From an uncultured virus (IMG/VR IMGVR_UViG_3300028572_000010) (taxonomy: Duplodnaviria; Heunggongvirae; Uroviricota; Caudoviricetes): 64,000 nucleotides of DNA. The DNA is taken from positions 1 through 64,000 of the IMG/VR virus record IMGVR_UViG_3300028572_000010. One strand, written 5' to 3'. The position numbers and the translations under genes are program-made. The notes beneath the pieces are model-generated. The model did no database searches and had not been told where the DNA came from. It saw only the letters and a list, made by a program, of their open reading frames with translations. Positions 1 through 10,398 of this stretch are shown here, piece after piece (positions within the stretch are counted from its first letter, which is position 1; the number at the start of each line of letters is the position of its first letter).

Positions 1-1151
1 TCAAGCCAGGAATGTCCCCAAAGATCAAGTTGGGTTATAGTAGGTGGTGGTGGACCGTAAGATATATTACCACTTCCATCATTCTGAAATACCCCTGGAG
101 TATTGGCTACTGATGTTAAATTATCAGCTAAGTTAATGACTTTTCCTGTTGATACCGTACTACCAAAATATTGAGTATTCCAGGTACCAGCTGAAGTTCC
201 ATTACTAGTTAATACTAACTCTAAAAATGCTCCAGCTCCTACAATCCATAAAGTAGTTCCACCATTCATATTTACAGTAACAGCTCCAGTTGAACTATTA
301 TCAATAAAGAATGACGCCCCATTAGAAAGTGTAGTGGCATTAGGTAGTACACAAATCTGAGTTAATGTACCAGTAAAAATTATATAATTAGTAGCTGATC
401 CACTTAATGTAGTTGTACTTCCAGCTGTAGCTACTGAAGAAAACCCTAACACACCATAAGATGCTGTCGTTTGATAAGGTCCACCAGGCAAATCACCAGA
501 CGCTGCAATACTAGGAACACCAGTACCAGTAGTGTTTTTAAGTATACCGGTAGCAAGACCTGCTAATGAAGTACCGTTAATCTTTGCTACTGTAGGACCT
601 GGATAACTACCTGATAAATCACCAGAAGCAGAGGCAGTAGCACCTAAATATGGCCCACCAGGCAAATCACCAGACGCTGCAATACTAGGAACACCAGTAC
701 CAGTAGTATTCTTTAATAACCCTGTAGCTAATCCTGCTAAAGAAGTGCCGTTAATCTTTGCTACTGTAGGACCTGGATAACTACCTGATAAATCACCGCT
801 AGCAGAACCATTAGGAGGTAACGTAGTAGGAATTGCATTTTCAATATCTGTAACTACCTTTTTAGTAACAGTATTGGCTATTTGGTATCCTACAGCAATA
901 GATACAGCAGATGTTCCTTCTTGTGCTCTAGTTATAGTAAATGTATCAGTGGCAACTGCAGTAACCCTAATAATCTCAGCATTAACTGTAGTAGGTATAA
1001 CACCTGAAGGCCAGACAGTGCAATTAAATGGGGGAGTAGGAAATAATGCACCCTGACCAGTAGTTACAGTTAGTGAAGTACCAGAAGTAGGTGGTGATGG
1101 AGCAGTGGCTACTTGTGATATTGCTAGATTTGAATGGGCATCAAAAGCCAT
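1..1151 (-). CDS. Tail fibre / virion structural protein, truncated at the window edge (not in ORF track)
   Basis: Open frame from ATG at 1151 to base 1: MAFDAHSNLAISQVATAPSPPTSGTSLTV...EIIRVTAVATDTFTITRAQEGT...; Gly/Thr/Ser-rich with a 58-aa internal repeat; ends ...LDLWGHSWL. Confidence 0.8.
   Translation of the reverse strand, partial: MAFDAHSNLAISQVATAPSPPTSGTSLTVTTGQGALFPTPPFNCTVWPSGVIPTTVNAEIIRVTAVATDTFTITRAQEGTSAVSIAVGYQIANTVTKKVVTDIENAIPTTLPPNGSASGDLSGSYPGPTVAKINGTSLAGLATGLLKNTTGTGVPSIAASGDLPGGPYLGATASASGDLSGSYPGPTVAKINGTSLAGLATGILKNTTGTGVPSIAASGDLPGGPYQTTASYGVLGFSSVATAGSTTTLSGSATNYIIFTGTLTQICVLPNATTLSNGASFFIDNSSTGAVTVNMNGGTTLWIVGAGAFLELVLTSNGTSAGTWNTQYFGSTVSTGKVINLADNLTSVANTPGVFQNDGSGNISYGPPPPTITQLDLWGHSWL
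481..806. repeat. Intragenic tandem duplication, period 174 bp (58 aa)
   Basis: 481-632 and 655-806 both encode ASGDLSGSYPGPTVAKINGTSLAGLATGxLKNTTGTGVPSIAASGDLPGG with synonymous differences. Confidence 0.9.
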
Positions 1152-1154
1152 ATA

Positions 1155-1748
1155 TTACATGCTAGTACTATATGATACTTGAATTGTATCACCAGGGTTA
1201 ACAATCTTATCACCACCTGAGAATAGACCAGCAGACCAAAGAGTACCTGAAGTATTAGCAATAGTGGACGAAGCACCAGAGCCAAAGATAATAAAACATC
1301 CTTTAACTGTACCACCAGTAGTGATAATAGGAAAACTTAGAGCTGCGGAAAGTGAAATCGAACCAGCAGAAGCAGCAGACCAGGCACAAGTTTTTCTAGG
1401 AGTAGTGTATAATGGATAATTAGTGCTGGAACCTGCTTCCTTCCAACCATTAGTACCATTAATTTGAGCAGCTGTATCACCAGCAGCTACGGTAGAATAA
1501 GATACTGAACTAATTAAACCCATATAAGGCCCAGTAACAGTATAAGCAGAGCCGTTTAAAAATGTATTAAAAGCCAGGTTTTTACCTTCAGTATTAACTA
1601 CATTATCTATAGTATCTTCCCAAATTAAATTATTATTAGAGTCTATACATCTAGCAGTATAAACACCATGAGCTTCACAAGTTTCAGTGTGTTGGGCTCC
1701 TCTTAAAACAGTACAAGAATTATAATCAATCGCATTAGATGTTTCCAT
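1155..1748 (-). CDS. Putative tail/virion structural protein
   Basis: 197 aa, beta-rich (DNVVNTEGKNL...GDKIVNPGDTIQVSY), lies within the fibre gene cluster. Confidence 0.6.
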   Translation of the reverse strand: METSNAIDYNSCTVLRGAQHTETCEAHGVYTARCIDSNNNLIWEDTIDNVVNTEGKNLAFNTFLNGSAYTVTGPYMGLISSVSYSTVAAGDTAAQINGTNGWKEAGSSTNYPLYTTPRKTCAWSAASAGSISLSAALSFPIITTGGTVKGCFIIFGSGASSTIANTSGTLWSAGLFSGGDKIVNPGDTIQVSYSTSM

Positions 1749-1790
1749 AATTCCAACTCTAACACAAACTTGATATACCAGTCAATTCAA

Positions 1791-4685
1791 TTAAGTTATT
1801 AGCGATATTAAAGCTGAAGTATCGGTAACAAATGCTGCACATATAGGAGATTGTACTACTTGACCTTGAGATACACTATTAGTAGAAGCAATAGCTAATG
1901 CTTGAACATCAACTCTTTCACTACATTGATATACTAAGGCATCACTTGTAAATATGGGCCAAAGAACTTGATTAGTTGTACCAGTATTATAAGTTGCAAA
2001 TGGACTAAATACACTACTTCTAATACATCCTAAAGTTACAGCTACGGTTCCAGCAGTACTAGCTATTCTATTAATAGATACACTATATATCCACCAACCA
2101 TAAGCTTTTCCTTTAGCTGGTGTATCAGTAGGACCTACTTGATGCCAACCTTGATCAAAGCTAGGAGAATTATAAGTATTATATTGCCACTGATCATAAG
2201 CTCCCCAAATAGTATTACCGCTAGTAAGTGTAGGGGGCATCATTCTAGGAATTGTCTCACTATACCAATAAACAGGGTATCTAGGAAGTGGTGGGATTCT
2301 ATGTTGGCCTGGTTGGAAAGCTTGATAACGAGAAGTAAATTTCCAGGTTATAGTATTATCAGTTACTGTACCTCCTAAAGTTCCAGGCCAGGCAGGTGCT
2401 GATGAATTACTAGTACCGGTATTTTGAGCAGTTTCAATATTACCGTTAGAATCTATTATAGTTTGTCCTGATTGAAATACTGTACTAGCTATCCAAGTAG
2501 TAGCCGGTGCAGTAAATACTTTAGAACAATGCCATACCACTCCATTATCAGTAGTAGATCCACCAAATGCCCCAGACCAAACTGGATGTGAACCGCCAGA
2601 TATACCACCTGTAAATACTGTTTGATAATTACCGTTAGAATCTATAATTGTAAATCCAGACGTAAAATATATAGAAGCAGCCCAACTAGGAGGCTCGGAT
2701 TGACTTTCTACTGGACTGAGTTGATTATATGAGTTAGATACTTGAGCATAAGCACCAAACATACCTGAACCGTTAGGAGCCAAATCACCTTGTAGCATTG
2801 GATTTACTGTAGCATTACCGGCTACTGCATATTTAGTTCTAGTTAAATTCCAAGGCATTGAAGTTAAACTAGGAATAGCTAAACTACTAATAGCAGGTGA
2901 CATTGAAGACCAAAATCCAGCCTTACTAGTACCAATACTCCAACCATTACCAAATATTTTTTCCGGATCATATGTAATAGCAGGAAATGTAGGGCCAGCT
3001 CCAGAATTCCAATTATTATTAGGTATATCCTGCACAAATAATAATCCTGGGCCGTGAGAAAGTCCATCACCAGGTAAGTTTATCTTTTTAATTGGCCATG
3101 CATTATCAATTCCATAAGCTGTAACTGCTGTACTATAACTAATACTGGCTGTGACAGGGCCAAATAATTTTCCATTGCCGCCGCTGCCATCATCTAGTGG
3201 GTTAGTGCCATTTGGGAAAAGGCGTGTATATGTGGTCTGTGTACCGGTTATAGGAACTGATGTGTCATCCGGTAATTGTGGTATGTCCACCTCAAGTTCA
3301 TACCGCCCCGGTGCTAGAGTCGCGCTCACCGCTATTGAAATTTCGACAATCCCAATACTACAAAATCCTGTATCAGCCACCAATGTAGAATAAGAAACTG
3401 AACCAGGAAATGCATTATAACCACCACTAGGAGATAGATTTACAGACCAAAGCGTATTAGGGTCAACTGTATCGGGTGTAATGGTTGTGGTTGGTCCAGG
3501 GTATGTTATCACAGCAGTCCCTCCACGCACATACTCCGCAGTTATATGGAAGGTCCCACTAACAAAGAGAGAATCAACACCACCAACCACAAAGGCTTGT
3601 CGTTGCTTTGTTGTTACTGGATAATAGTATGGTGATGGTGGAAACGTTGACAAAAGCATACTGCAAACGGCATTAGTTCTTAAACCTGCAGAAAAAGGTG
3701 CACCACTACCAGGGAAATTACTACTAATTGTAACTGTTGCTCCACCACCAGTATCTTCAAAATAAAACCAGGTACTTGCATAATTATCATTTGGTCCACC
3801 TACAGGCCAGGGTCCAGAAACACACAATAATGAAGGTGAAGTAACATTCATAAATGTAAAAGAATCATCCAAATCCTTCAACCCCCAAATAGCACTACGA
3901 AGTCTATTTAGTTCAGCTAGCCAAGTAGGTCTTTGAGGAACTATAAACAAACCACCAAAAGTTGCCCCACTACCGGTTCCACCACTAGCAGCTAAATATT
4001 GTGGAGTATTAGATAAGTATTGAAGAAATCCTATATAAGTAGTATTAGGTAATGTGAATGTTAATATCTTGCCACTACCATCAACACTTACAACATGTAC
4101 TGGAACTGGACTGCCACCAACTATCTTAGCTCCAGGCAAAGTTAAATTATCGCCAGCAGTATAACCAGTACCTCCAAAACAAAGATAAAAATCGGTAAAA
4201 TAACCATTACCAGGATTATAGTCTGGAAATGAATAATTTTGAGAAGGGCCTACTTGACTAACAGTAAAAGTAATAGTAGCTCCAGTACCAGAACCAGTTA
4301 CTGTATTAAGTGCGCCAGGAGTAGGGTCTGTATATGAAGGGAATGGAGGTGTGGTAGTCAGATCACCGGAAGGAGAAAAGGCAGAATTAGTATAAGTTAC
4401 CAATCCTATAATAGCTCCAGTAATATCTACTGAACCAACTTCAAAATATGTAGTATAGCCTGGGGAAACTACTATATCTCCAACAGCATAACCACTTCCT
4501 CTAGCAGTTAAAGCAAAAGCACCACAAATACGATAACCATATGGATTACTACTTAAGTCATAAAACATTGGATACACATAATAAAATGTACTCAAGTCAA
4601 AACTAGTAGATGAGACTGCATTAGCTTGAGTTGCTAATGCTTGTAAATCAGTTAATTTAAAGTTATTACCAGGAGCTACAGACAT
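1791..4685 (-). CDS. Large tail fibre/baseplate-like protein with carbohydrate-binding-like repeats
   Basis: 964 aa; GxGYxxGD repeats; two W-x-AS..IIDSNGN..P-x-W..TDNxxxW modules. Confidence 0.65.
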   Translation of the reverse strand: MSVAPGNNFKLTDLQALATQANAVSSTSFDLSTFYYVYPMFYDLSSNPYGYRICGAFALTARGSGYAVGDIVVSPGYTTYFEVGSVDITGAIIGLVTYTNSAFSPSGDLTTTPPFPSYTDPTPGALNTVTGSGTGATITFTVSQVGPSQNYSFPDYNPGNGYFTDFYLCFGGTGYTAGDNLTLPGAKIVGGSPVPVHVVSVDGSGKILTFTLPNTTYIGFLQYLSNTPQYLAASGGTGSGATFGGLFIVPQRPTWLAELNRLRSAIWGLKDLDDSFTFMNVTSPSLLCVSGPWPVGGPNDNYASTWFYFEDTGGGATVTISSNFPGSGAPFSAGLRTNAVCSMLLSTFPPSPYYYPVTTKQRQAFVVGGVDSLFVSGTFHITAEYVRGGTAVITYPGPTTTITPDTVDPNTLWSVNLSPSGGYNAFPGSVSYSTLVADTGFCSIGIVEISIAVSATLAPGRYELEVDIPQLPDDTSVPITGTQTTYTRLFPNGTNPLDDGSGGNGKLFGPVTASISYSTAVTAYGIDNAWPIKKINLPGDGLSHGPGLLFVQDIPNNNWNSGAGPTFPAITYDPEKIFGNGWSIGTSKAGFWSSMSPAISSLAIPSLTSMPWNLTRTKYAVAGNATVNPMLQGDLAPNGSGMFGAYAQVSNSYNQLSPVESQSEPPSWAASIYFTSGFTIIDSNGNYQTVFTGGISGGSHPVWSGAFGGSTTDNGVVWHCSKVFTAPATTWIASTVFQSGQTIIDSNGNIETAQNTGTSNSSAPAWPGTLGGTVTDNTITWKFTSRYQAFQPGQHRIPPLPRYPVYWYSETIPRMMPPTLTSGNTIWGAYDQWQYNTYNSPSFDQGWHQVGPTDTPAKGKAYGWWIYSVSINRIASTAGTVAVTLGCIRSSVFSPFATYNTGTTNQVLWPIFTSDALVYQCSERVDVQALAIASTNSVSQGQVVQSPICAAFVTDTSALISLIT

Positions 4686-4688
4686 AAT

Positions 4689-6509
4689 TTATAACCAGGT
4701 AGCATAAGAACAGGCTTGAAACCAGCCAGTACCAGTATCAGGACTATTAGTATTAGAATTTATTAAACATATATACATACCAGACGAAGTACCTGCCCCT
4801 AATACTGCAACATCATTAAGATTATAAGTAGATAATGCACTCCAAACTCCTCGATAATTAAGCCCGGAACCAGCTGGACTTATTGTAATTGTAGCACTGG
4901 AAGTAGTACCACTTAAAGTACCACCTACAAAAGTAAGCATCTGTGCCCCATTTAATGTAGTAGTGCCATCAGTTAACTTAGTTCCAGTTACGGTAGCTGC
5001 CCCACTAGTACCTCCAACTGTCATTCCATTAAAAGTAATATTAGATACATTACTTAAACTTGTAGTACCATCAGTTATTCCTAAACTTGAAGCACTGCTA
5101 AATGAAAATGAACCAGAAGGAGTTATACCACAAGTAGTAGGAGTTACAGTTAAATAGCTGCTAGTAGTAGGAGAACCACTAGAAATAGATAATGTAGTAG
5201 TTCCACCTGAAGTAGAAGAATTTAAATACCAATTAACAAAATTACCAGGAGCACAACCAGGAACTATTAGATTACCTAGATTTGATAATCCTAAACAAGC
5301 TGAGGGGGTTATTTGAAAAGGTGTATTTCCTCCACCAGTCTGACTAACTGTATTTCCTAATACATCCTTTACACTAGTTACTGAAACTGCGTTTGCTGTA
5401 TAACCTGAAGCACATTTTAAAGCCGGGAAACTTATATTAGTAATACCAAAATTTAAATTACAAGAACTAATAGATAACGCAATAGTTGGATCACCTACTG
5501 GAGCACTATAACCTATATCACCAGGGAATAAAAAGGTAGCTGTCCCACTACCTCCTACACTTAAACCTGATGGACAAACAATACCTAATTCAAGATTACC
5601 TAACAATACTGAACCGCAATCTTTGGTAGTAGGGGGAATTCCATGTATTAATCTATAATAATCATACTGACTTAAAACATCAACATAAGCATAGTTACTT
5701 ATTGATGCTTGAGACATGGTCCAGGTAACATTATGATCTACAGTAGTACCAGATATAGCCCAGGTAGGAGCAGTTACACCGGATGTACCATCACCAGTAA
5801 TAGCAGTGACTGTTTGTAGATTTCCATTAGTATCAATTATGCTCTGTCCTATAGAATAAACCCTTGAATATAAATATGTTATTACTGGTGGTAGAGCTGT
5901 ACTATTATTTAGATTTACCGTTACATTGCTCTGAAATGAAATACCAGCTGCGCAATTAGGGGTTGGTAGATTTATTATAGTATCAATATTCCAGGTACAA
6001 GGCTGGGTTATATCTCCACTAATTCTAGTAGTGCTTAATGAAAAATCATCTGCAATTGGAGAACCATCACCAACCATCTTAAACTGTAAAACTCCACTAA
6101 ATAAAGGACCAGTAGGATAGCAAGGTATAATTAGTGTAGGTGGGATGTCTAAATTAAAATGACAAACATCAACTCCTGGAGTTATACCTACAGTAATAGA
6201 AGTATAAGGAATCATTCCAGAAGTATTTAATATCCCTATAGCTTGAGTATTAGGAGTAAATGAAATACCTGAAGGGCAATTCTCAGGTAATGGAAAGGGT
6301 TCTGGTACTAATGGAAATTGTACGAATAAAGGTACACAAGCTTTTACATTAGATGGTGGTGTGACTGCTCCGATAGTAGGAGGTGTGAGCAATGCTGGTA
6401 AAGTACATCCAGAACTAGGAATACTACTAGACGGTTGTGGTATATACTGTGCTTGATGATTAGTAGAATTAGTTACCTCAATCAAGCTATCTATGAAACT
6501 ATTACTCAT
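4689..6509 (-). CDS. Cys/Thr/Gly-rich virion structural protein
   Basis: 606 aa; shares the IIDTNGNLQTV..PTW..TVDHNVTW module; C-terminal YRGVWSALSTYNLND module. Confidence 0.6.
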   Translation of the reverse strand: MSNSFIDSLIEVTNSTNHQAQYIPQPSSSIPSSGCTLPALLTPPTIGAVTPPSNVKACVPLFVQFPLVPEPFPLPENCPSGISFTPNTQAIGILNTSGMIPYTSITVGITPGVDVCHFNLDIPPTLIIPCYPTGPLFSGVLQFKMVGDGSPIADDFSLSTTRISGDITQPCTWNIDTIINLPTPNCAAGISFQSNVTVNLNNSTALPPVITYLYSRVYSIGQSIIDTNGNLQTVTAITGDGTSGVTAPTWAISGTTVDHNVTWTMSQASISNYAYVDVLSQYDYYRLIHGIPPTTKDCGSVLLGNLELGIVCPSGLSVGGSGTATFLFPGDIGYSAPVGDPTIALSISSCNLNFGITNISFPALKCASGYTANAVSVTSVKDVLGNTVSQTGGGNTPFQITPSACLGLSNLGNLIVPGCAPGNFVNWYLNSSTSGGTTTLSISSGSPTTSSYLTVTPTTCGITPSGSFSFSSASSLGITDGTTSLSNVSNITFNGMTVGGTSGAATVTGTKLTDGTTTLNGAQMLTFVGGTLSGTTSSATITISPAGSGLNYRGVWSALSTYNLNDVAVLGAGTSSGMYICLINSNTNSPDTGTGWFQACSYATWL

Positions 6510-6886
6510 TTATTCATTAGTTTAACCAAAATATAGTACATTAGCAAACTAAAGTAAGCTGCTATAAATATACTTACAGGAATAAATATTAAAGGAAAAT
6601 CTATAAATACGATAATAGGAATATGTAATAGTATAGATAACCAGACTACTATACATTTGGGACAACTAATAATTTTTACAAGGAAGTTAGACCGATTAGC
6701 AGCTAAATATTCTAGATAAGACAAACTAGGGTCATCTACAGTAATATTATTGTATTCTTCTATATAAAAGAACTTAGTCAATCTTAGTAAATTCATATAT
6801 TCAACAAAAGTATTATTAAACCATATAACTAAAAACATGGCTATACTTGCACTTAATAATAGGTATGAAATTAAAATATCAATCAT
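6506..6886 (-). CDS. Membrane protein, DUF1360-like (possible holin)
   Basis: Three hydrophobic segments and a KIISCPKCIVVW motif. Confidence 0.55.
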   Translation of the reverse strand: MIDILISYLLLSASIAMFLVIWFNNTFVEYMNLLRLTKFFYIEEYNNITVDDPSLSYLEYLAANRSNFLVKIISCPKCIVVWLSILLHIPIIVFIDFPLIFIPVSIFIAAYFSLLMYYILVKLMNK

Positions 6887-6945
6887 ATAAATAAAATGAG
6901 GCTAAACTACATTAAATAGCCTAGCCTCATATTACTTCAATCTAT

Positions 6946-7140
6946 TTAATCGTCAATACTCTTTTGAGCATTCTTTACAACTTCTGCTTCTTCATTCAGA
7001 ATATCCTTAATTTCAGATTTAATCCGTTTAATATTTTCTGAATGCATCTTACTAGTAGCTTTCTTTTCTTCCTCTGCTTCCAACTGTTCTATATAAAGGT
7101 TGTATATTCTAGTCTTGGTGTCATTTAGCGTTATAGCCAT
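6946..7140 (-). CDS. Hypothetical coiled-coil protein
   Basis: 64-aa ORF tightly packed in the operon. Confidence 0.6.
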   Translation of the reverse strand: MAITLNDTKTRIYNLYIEQLEAEEEKKATSKMHSENIKRIKSEIKDILNEEAEVVKNAQKSIDD

Positions 7141-7143
7141 AAT

Positions 7144-7398
7144 TTATTTAGTCTCTTCTTTAGGTGTGTCTACCGTCTTACTTAGTATATCTTGTATCAA
7201 TTGTTTCTGTCCTACTATAATCAACTGCATTCTCTTCCATTCATTCAATTTATTTGTAGCATCATCTATATTAGATTGTAAACTAGTTAAACTAGTATCT
7301 GCTTGTGCCAAATAACCCTGCAATAACTTAACTATCTGCTCAGTCGACATCTTAAAATTAGGTATCACTGGTGTGTCTAACGTAGCTTGTTCATTCAT
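7144..7398 (-). CDS. Hypothetical coiled-coil protein (start revised to MNEQAT)
   Basis: ATG at 7398 follows a TTGACA promoter-like element. Confidence 0.6.
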   Translation of the reverse strand: MNEQATLDTPVIPNFKMSTEQIVKLLQGYLAQADTSLTSLQSNIDDATNKLNEWKRMQLIIVGQKQLIQDILSKTVDTPKEETK

Positions 7399-7485
7399 GT
7401 TTAGTATCATTTCAAAATAGAGGAAAGTTGTCAAATAAAAAAGCAACCTAAGTAAATAGGTTGCTTTGTGATAAGATTAAATAGC

Positions 7486-8619
7486 TTACTGAGGTTGCAA
7501 GATAACAGTACCAGTCAACCCAGCCAAACCTGTGACAGTACCAGTAAATCTAAGGGCCAAAGCCTGTCCAGTAGTTATTTGAGTATTAGCAATAGTGGCA
7601 TTCAAAGTACCAATTTGTACAATACCCGGACTTGCAGTGAGTGGGATGGTAGCAGTAAACACATTAGTACCATAAGCTGGCACACCAATAAACAAGGTGC
7701 TATATGACCAAGTTGTAGCAGCTGCATTAAAAGCAGCATTGGCGGTTAGAGTAAGAGATGTAGTACTATTAACGGAAGCAATCACACCAAGAGTTCTACC
7801 ATATTGATCATACAAGTTACTACCAACTGTAACAGAACTAGCAAAACCAGCAGCAGTAACAGTCACAGCAGAAGTTGCAGTAGACGCAGTAAGGTTACCA
7901 GTACCAGTAAGATAAGGGCCGTAATTCCAGGCAGAACCAGTCAATACCTGAGTACCACCACCCCATGCATTAGAAGCAGCCACAGCCAATGTAAGAGAGG
8001 TTGTGCTACCTACAGCTGAGACTGTACCAATATAAGTACCTGAAGGACTGAAAATTGCGGAACCAATTAGTGCAGAAGTAAATGTAGTACTAACACCATT
8101 AACAGTAGCAGAAGAGTTAGTAGTAGTAATAGTACCAGCACCAGCTAATATACCTTGAGAGAAAGGACATACACCTAACTGAAGTGCACAAGAAGAGCCA
8201 CCAGGAGTAGTATATACAAATGAACCACTCAATACGTTATAAGGACGGTCAGCTACATAAACATATTGATCAATAGCATTAGCGGCGAGGGGGACATTGA
8301 TATCTAGTGGATTGTTACCAACTGGAGTCCACTGCGTGCCTGTATTAATGTAAGCCTGACCAGTTTCACGGAGTCTACTAATACCACTTGTATCAGTATA
8401 AGTGAAATAATACCCAGATGGATTTAAACAAAATCTGATACCACCAGCAAAAAATCCAGCTGCTGTGGCTTGAGCACCAGCAAAGCCAGTACCACCAGGG
8501 TTATTTTGTTGTGAACCAGGAGTCAAAACTCCAGGCAATGTACCAGGCTTAGGGTTAGCATTACCAGAAGTTGGAGCTAAAACTGCTGATGTCCTTCTAA
8601 TACTAGAGGCGTCTGACAT
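7486..8619 (-). CDS. Virion structural/fibre protein
   Basis: 377 aa, Thr/Ala/Gly-rich, with two GTxTxxTxSxxV...IGTVxxVxSTTSLTL repeats. Confidence 0.6.
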   Translation of the reverse strand: MSDASSIRRTSAVLAPTSGNANPKPGTLPGVLTPGSQQNNPGGTGFAGAQATAAGFFAGGIRFCLNPSGYYFTYTDTSGISRLRETGQAYINTGTQWTPVGNNPLDINVPLAANAIDQYVYVADRPYNVLSGSFVYTTPGGSSCALQLGVCPFSQGILAGAGTITTTNSSATVNGVSTTFTSALIGSAIFSPSGTYIGTVSAVGSTTSLTLAVAASNAWGGGTQVLTGSAWNYGPYLTGTGNLTASTATSAVTVTAAGFASSVTVGSNLYDQYGRTLGVIASVNSTTSLTLTANAAFNAAATTWSYSTLFIGVPAYGTNVFTATIPLTASPGIVQIGTLNATIANTQITTGQALALRFTGTVTGLAGLTGTVILQPQ

Positions 8620-8718
8620 AGATTGTATAATTAGTTAAAATAAACATAATTGTTTATTCGTATATTTCTATATTAACTATTATTATAAGTTTAGTCAACA
8701 GATATATGCGCTATAATA

Positions 8719-8747
8719 TTGACAGCGTGGTAGCTAATGTGTACTGT
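8719..8747 (+). promoter_or_regulatory. sigma70-type promoter, probably leaderless
   Basis: TTGACA-N17-TACTGT, 6 nt before ATG 8754. Confidence 0.7.
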
Positions 8748-8753
8748 CATTAT

Positions 8754-9404
8754 ATGGATTTAACTAATATAACAGCAGAGACAGCATATACGTTAGGATT
8801 TATCTGGGCCGACGGGTCTATATCTAAAGAAAATAAAATTAAAATAGCTATAAAACAAGTTGATGCAGTAATTATTGAACCAACACTTATGAAAGCCTGG
8901 AATTGGAATATACGTAGAAATATACAAAAAACAAATCCACCAGGGCAATTACAAATGAGTTTTCAAAAAGGTAGTGTAGAATTAGCAACTAAATTAATTA
9001 GTTACAATTATAGAAGTAAAGATCAAGCTCCTACAATATTAAGCATTATACCTGAAAACCTAACTCATTACTGGTGGAGGGGTTACAGTGATGGGGATGG
9101 TTGTTTTTGTATATCCAGAGATGGTCATTGTTCTTATAGTATTTGTGGTCCCTACACTCAAGATTGGTCTGCTTTTGAGAAATTAGTATTACCTATGGAG
9201 ATTCATTATAGAATAGGGAGGGAGATTAATAAAAAAACTGGACATAAGGGTTCTAGAATAGTTATACCTAGCATTTGTGGTGGTTATAAATTCGGTAACT
9301 ATATTTATCAAGGCTTTCTAGAAGACAGAATTGGACTGACTAGAAAGTATGAGAAATATCTACAATTCAACTTACCAAGAAATGAAAGAAGAAGGCCTGC
9401 TTAA
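8754..9404 (+). CDS. Free-standing LAGLIDADG homing endonuclease (start revised to 8754)
   Basis: Motifs AYTLGFIWADG and WWRGYSDGDG; oriented opposite to its neighbours; has its own promoter. Confidence 0.85.
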   Translation: MDLTNITAETAYTLGFIWADGSISKENKIKIAIKQVDAVIIEPTLMKAWNWNIRRNIQKTNPPGQLQMSFQKGSVELATKLISYNYRSKDQAPTILSIIPENLTHYWWRGYSDGDGCFCISRDGHCSYSICGPYTQDWSAFEKLVLPMEIHYRIGREINKKTGHKGSRIVIPSICGGYKFGNYIYQGFLEDRIGLTRKYEKYLQFNLPRNERRRPA

Positions 9405-9685
9405 CTATGATGTACAAGCAGTAAAGTCTGAATACACCAGCCCGCAAAAATTAATATCACATTTACGGCTACCAATACTCCAGTAGTTTTAGCTTTAGAT
9501 AATTCAAGTTTTTCGACCTTTTCTCTCAGACTTTTTACTTCATCTGCTTGAGCACAACTTAGCTTAATATCAGTAATATCCTTAGCTAATTGTTTTTGAC
9601 CAGTCCTGAGTTCTTCAAGATTATCTTTAATAGTTTTTCTCCATTCAGCATTCAATTGCTGTTCTAATTGTGTTTCGTTCGACAT
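9401..9685 (-). CDS. Coiled-coil protein with C-terminal TM helix (holin-like)
   Basis: 94 aa; hydrophobic C-terminus GVLVAVNVILIFAGWCIQTLLLV. Confidence 0.55.
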   Translation of the reverse strand: MSNETQLEQQLNAEWRKTIKDNLEELRTGQKQLAKDITDIKLSCAQADEVKSLREKVEKLELSKAKTTGVLVAVNVILIFAGWCIQTLLLVHHS

Positions 9686-9697
9686 ATATTTGAGTAG

Positions 9698-10396
9698 TTA
9701 TTCTTCTTCATTACCTATGACTTTATTATACAATTTATCAAATTCTAGTCCAGTATATTGAGATTTATTTTTATTGAATATTTCAGAACCCCAAACTTTC
9801 TCCATCTCACTATCAGATACGCCCATTTCTTTAAGTAATCCATATAGCTTAATTTGAGTAGTTCCAACTTGATAAACGAATAATGCACGGTCAGGGTAAA
9901 AAATTACTTTGCCACCTACTCCAGTTCCAGGTAAGACATTGATGTGGGCTTCAGCTTCTCCAGATTCCTTAGTACGAGTATAGACACCTGGTAGTAAACG
10001 TTGTTGATGTGCAACTGAGTATTCCGCACCATGTAAGATTACTGTATTCCTTTCAGTAAGCCAGGGGATATGAGCGATAGTTGTAGTTTTGGTATCTAAT
10101 ACATTACCAGTTTTCTTATCTATCATCTGAAAAGTACCTCGTAATGGAGTGGACAAATCTCTTTTCTCCATTATAGCCTTATTTTGTTCTTTATAAGTTG
10201 GAGAATGTTCAGGAGCATTATAAGATAAGTCTGTTACTTTTAGTTTGTAGGCTGGACTTTCAATTGTATTAAGCTTCTTCTGAAAAGAATCCAAGGCTTT
10301 AGTATGTAACCATTCCCTAGTCTTCTCTGGATCGAAAAAACCACGCACATTCTTTGGAATAGGCAAACTATATAATGGATCTATATGATTGTTCAC
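9698..10396 (-). CDS. rpoB: Phage RNA polymerase beta subunit, N-terminal fragment
   Basis: DLSTPLRGTFQM...IAHIPWLTERNTVILHGAEYSVAHQQRLLPGVY matches the RpoB YSAPLRV...[32 protein letters not shown] region. Confidence 0.85.
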   Translation of the reverse strand: MNNHIDPLYSLPIPKNVRGFFDPEKTREWLHTKALDSFQKKLNTIESPAYKLKVTDLSYNAPEHSPTYKEQNKAIMEKRDLSTPLRGTFQMIDKKTGNVLDTKTTTIAHIPWLTERNTVILHGAEYSVAHQQRLLPGVYTRTKESGEAEAHINVLPGTGVGGKVIFYPDRALFVYQVGTTQIKLYGLLKEMGVSDSEMEKVWGSEIFNKNKSQYTGLEFDKLYNKVIGNEEE

Positions 10397-10398
10397 AA

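Noticed and set aside
481..806. DGR template/variable repeat pair
   Set aside because: It is an in-frame tandem duplication with mostly synonymous changes, not adenine-specific ones, and there is no reverse transcriptase in the window.
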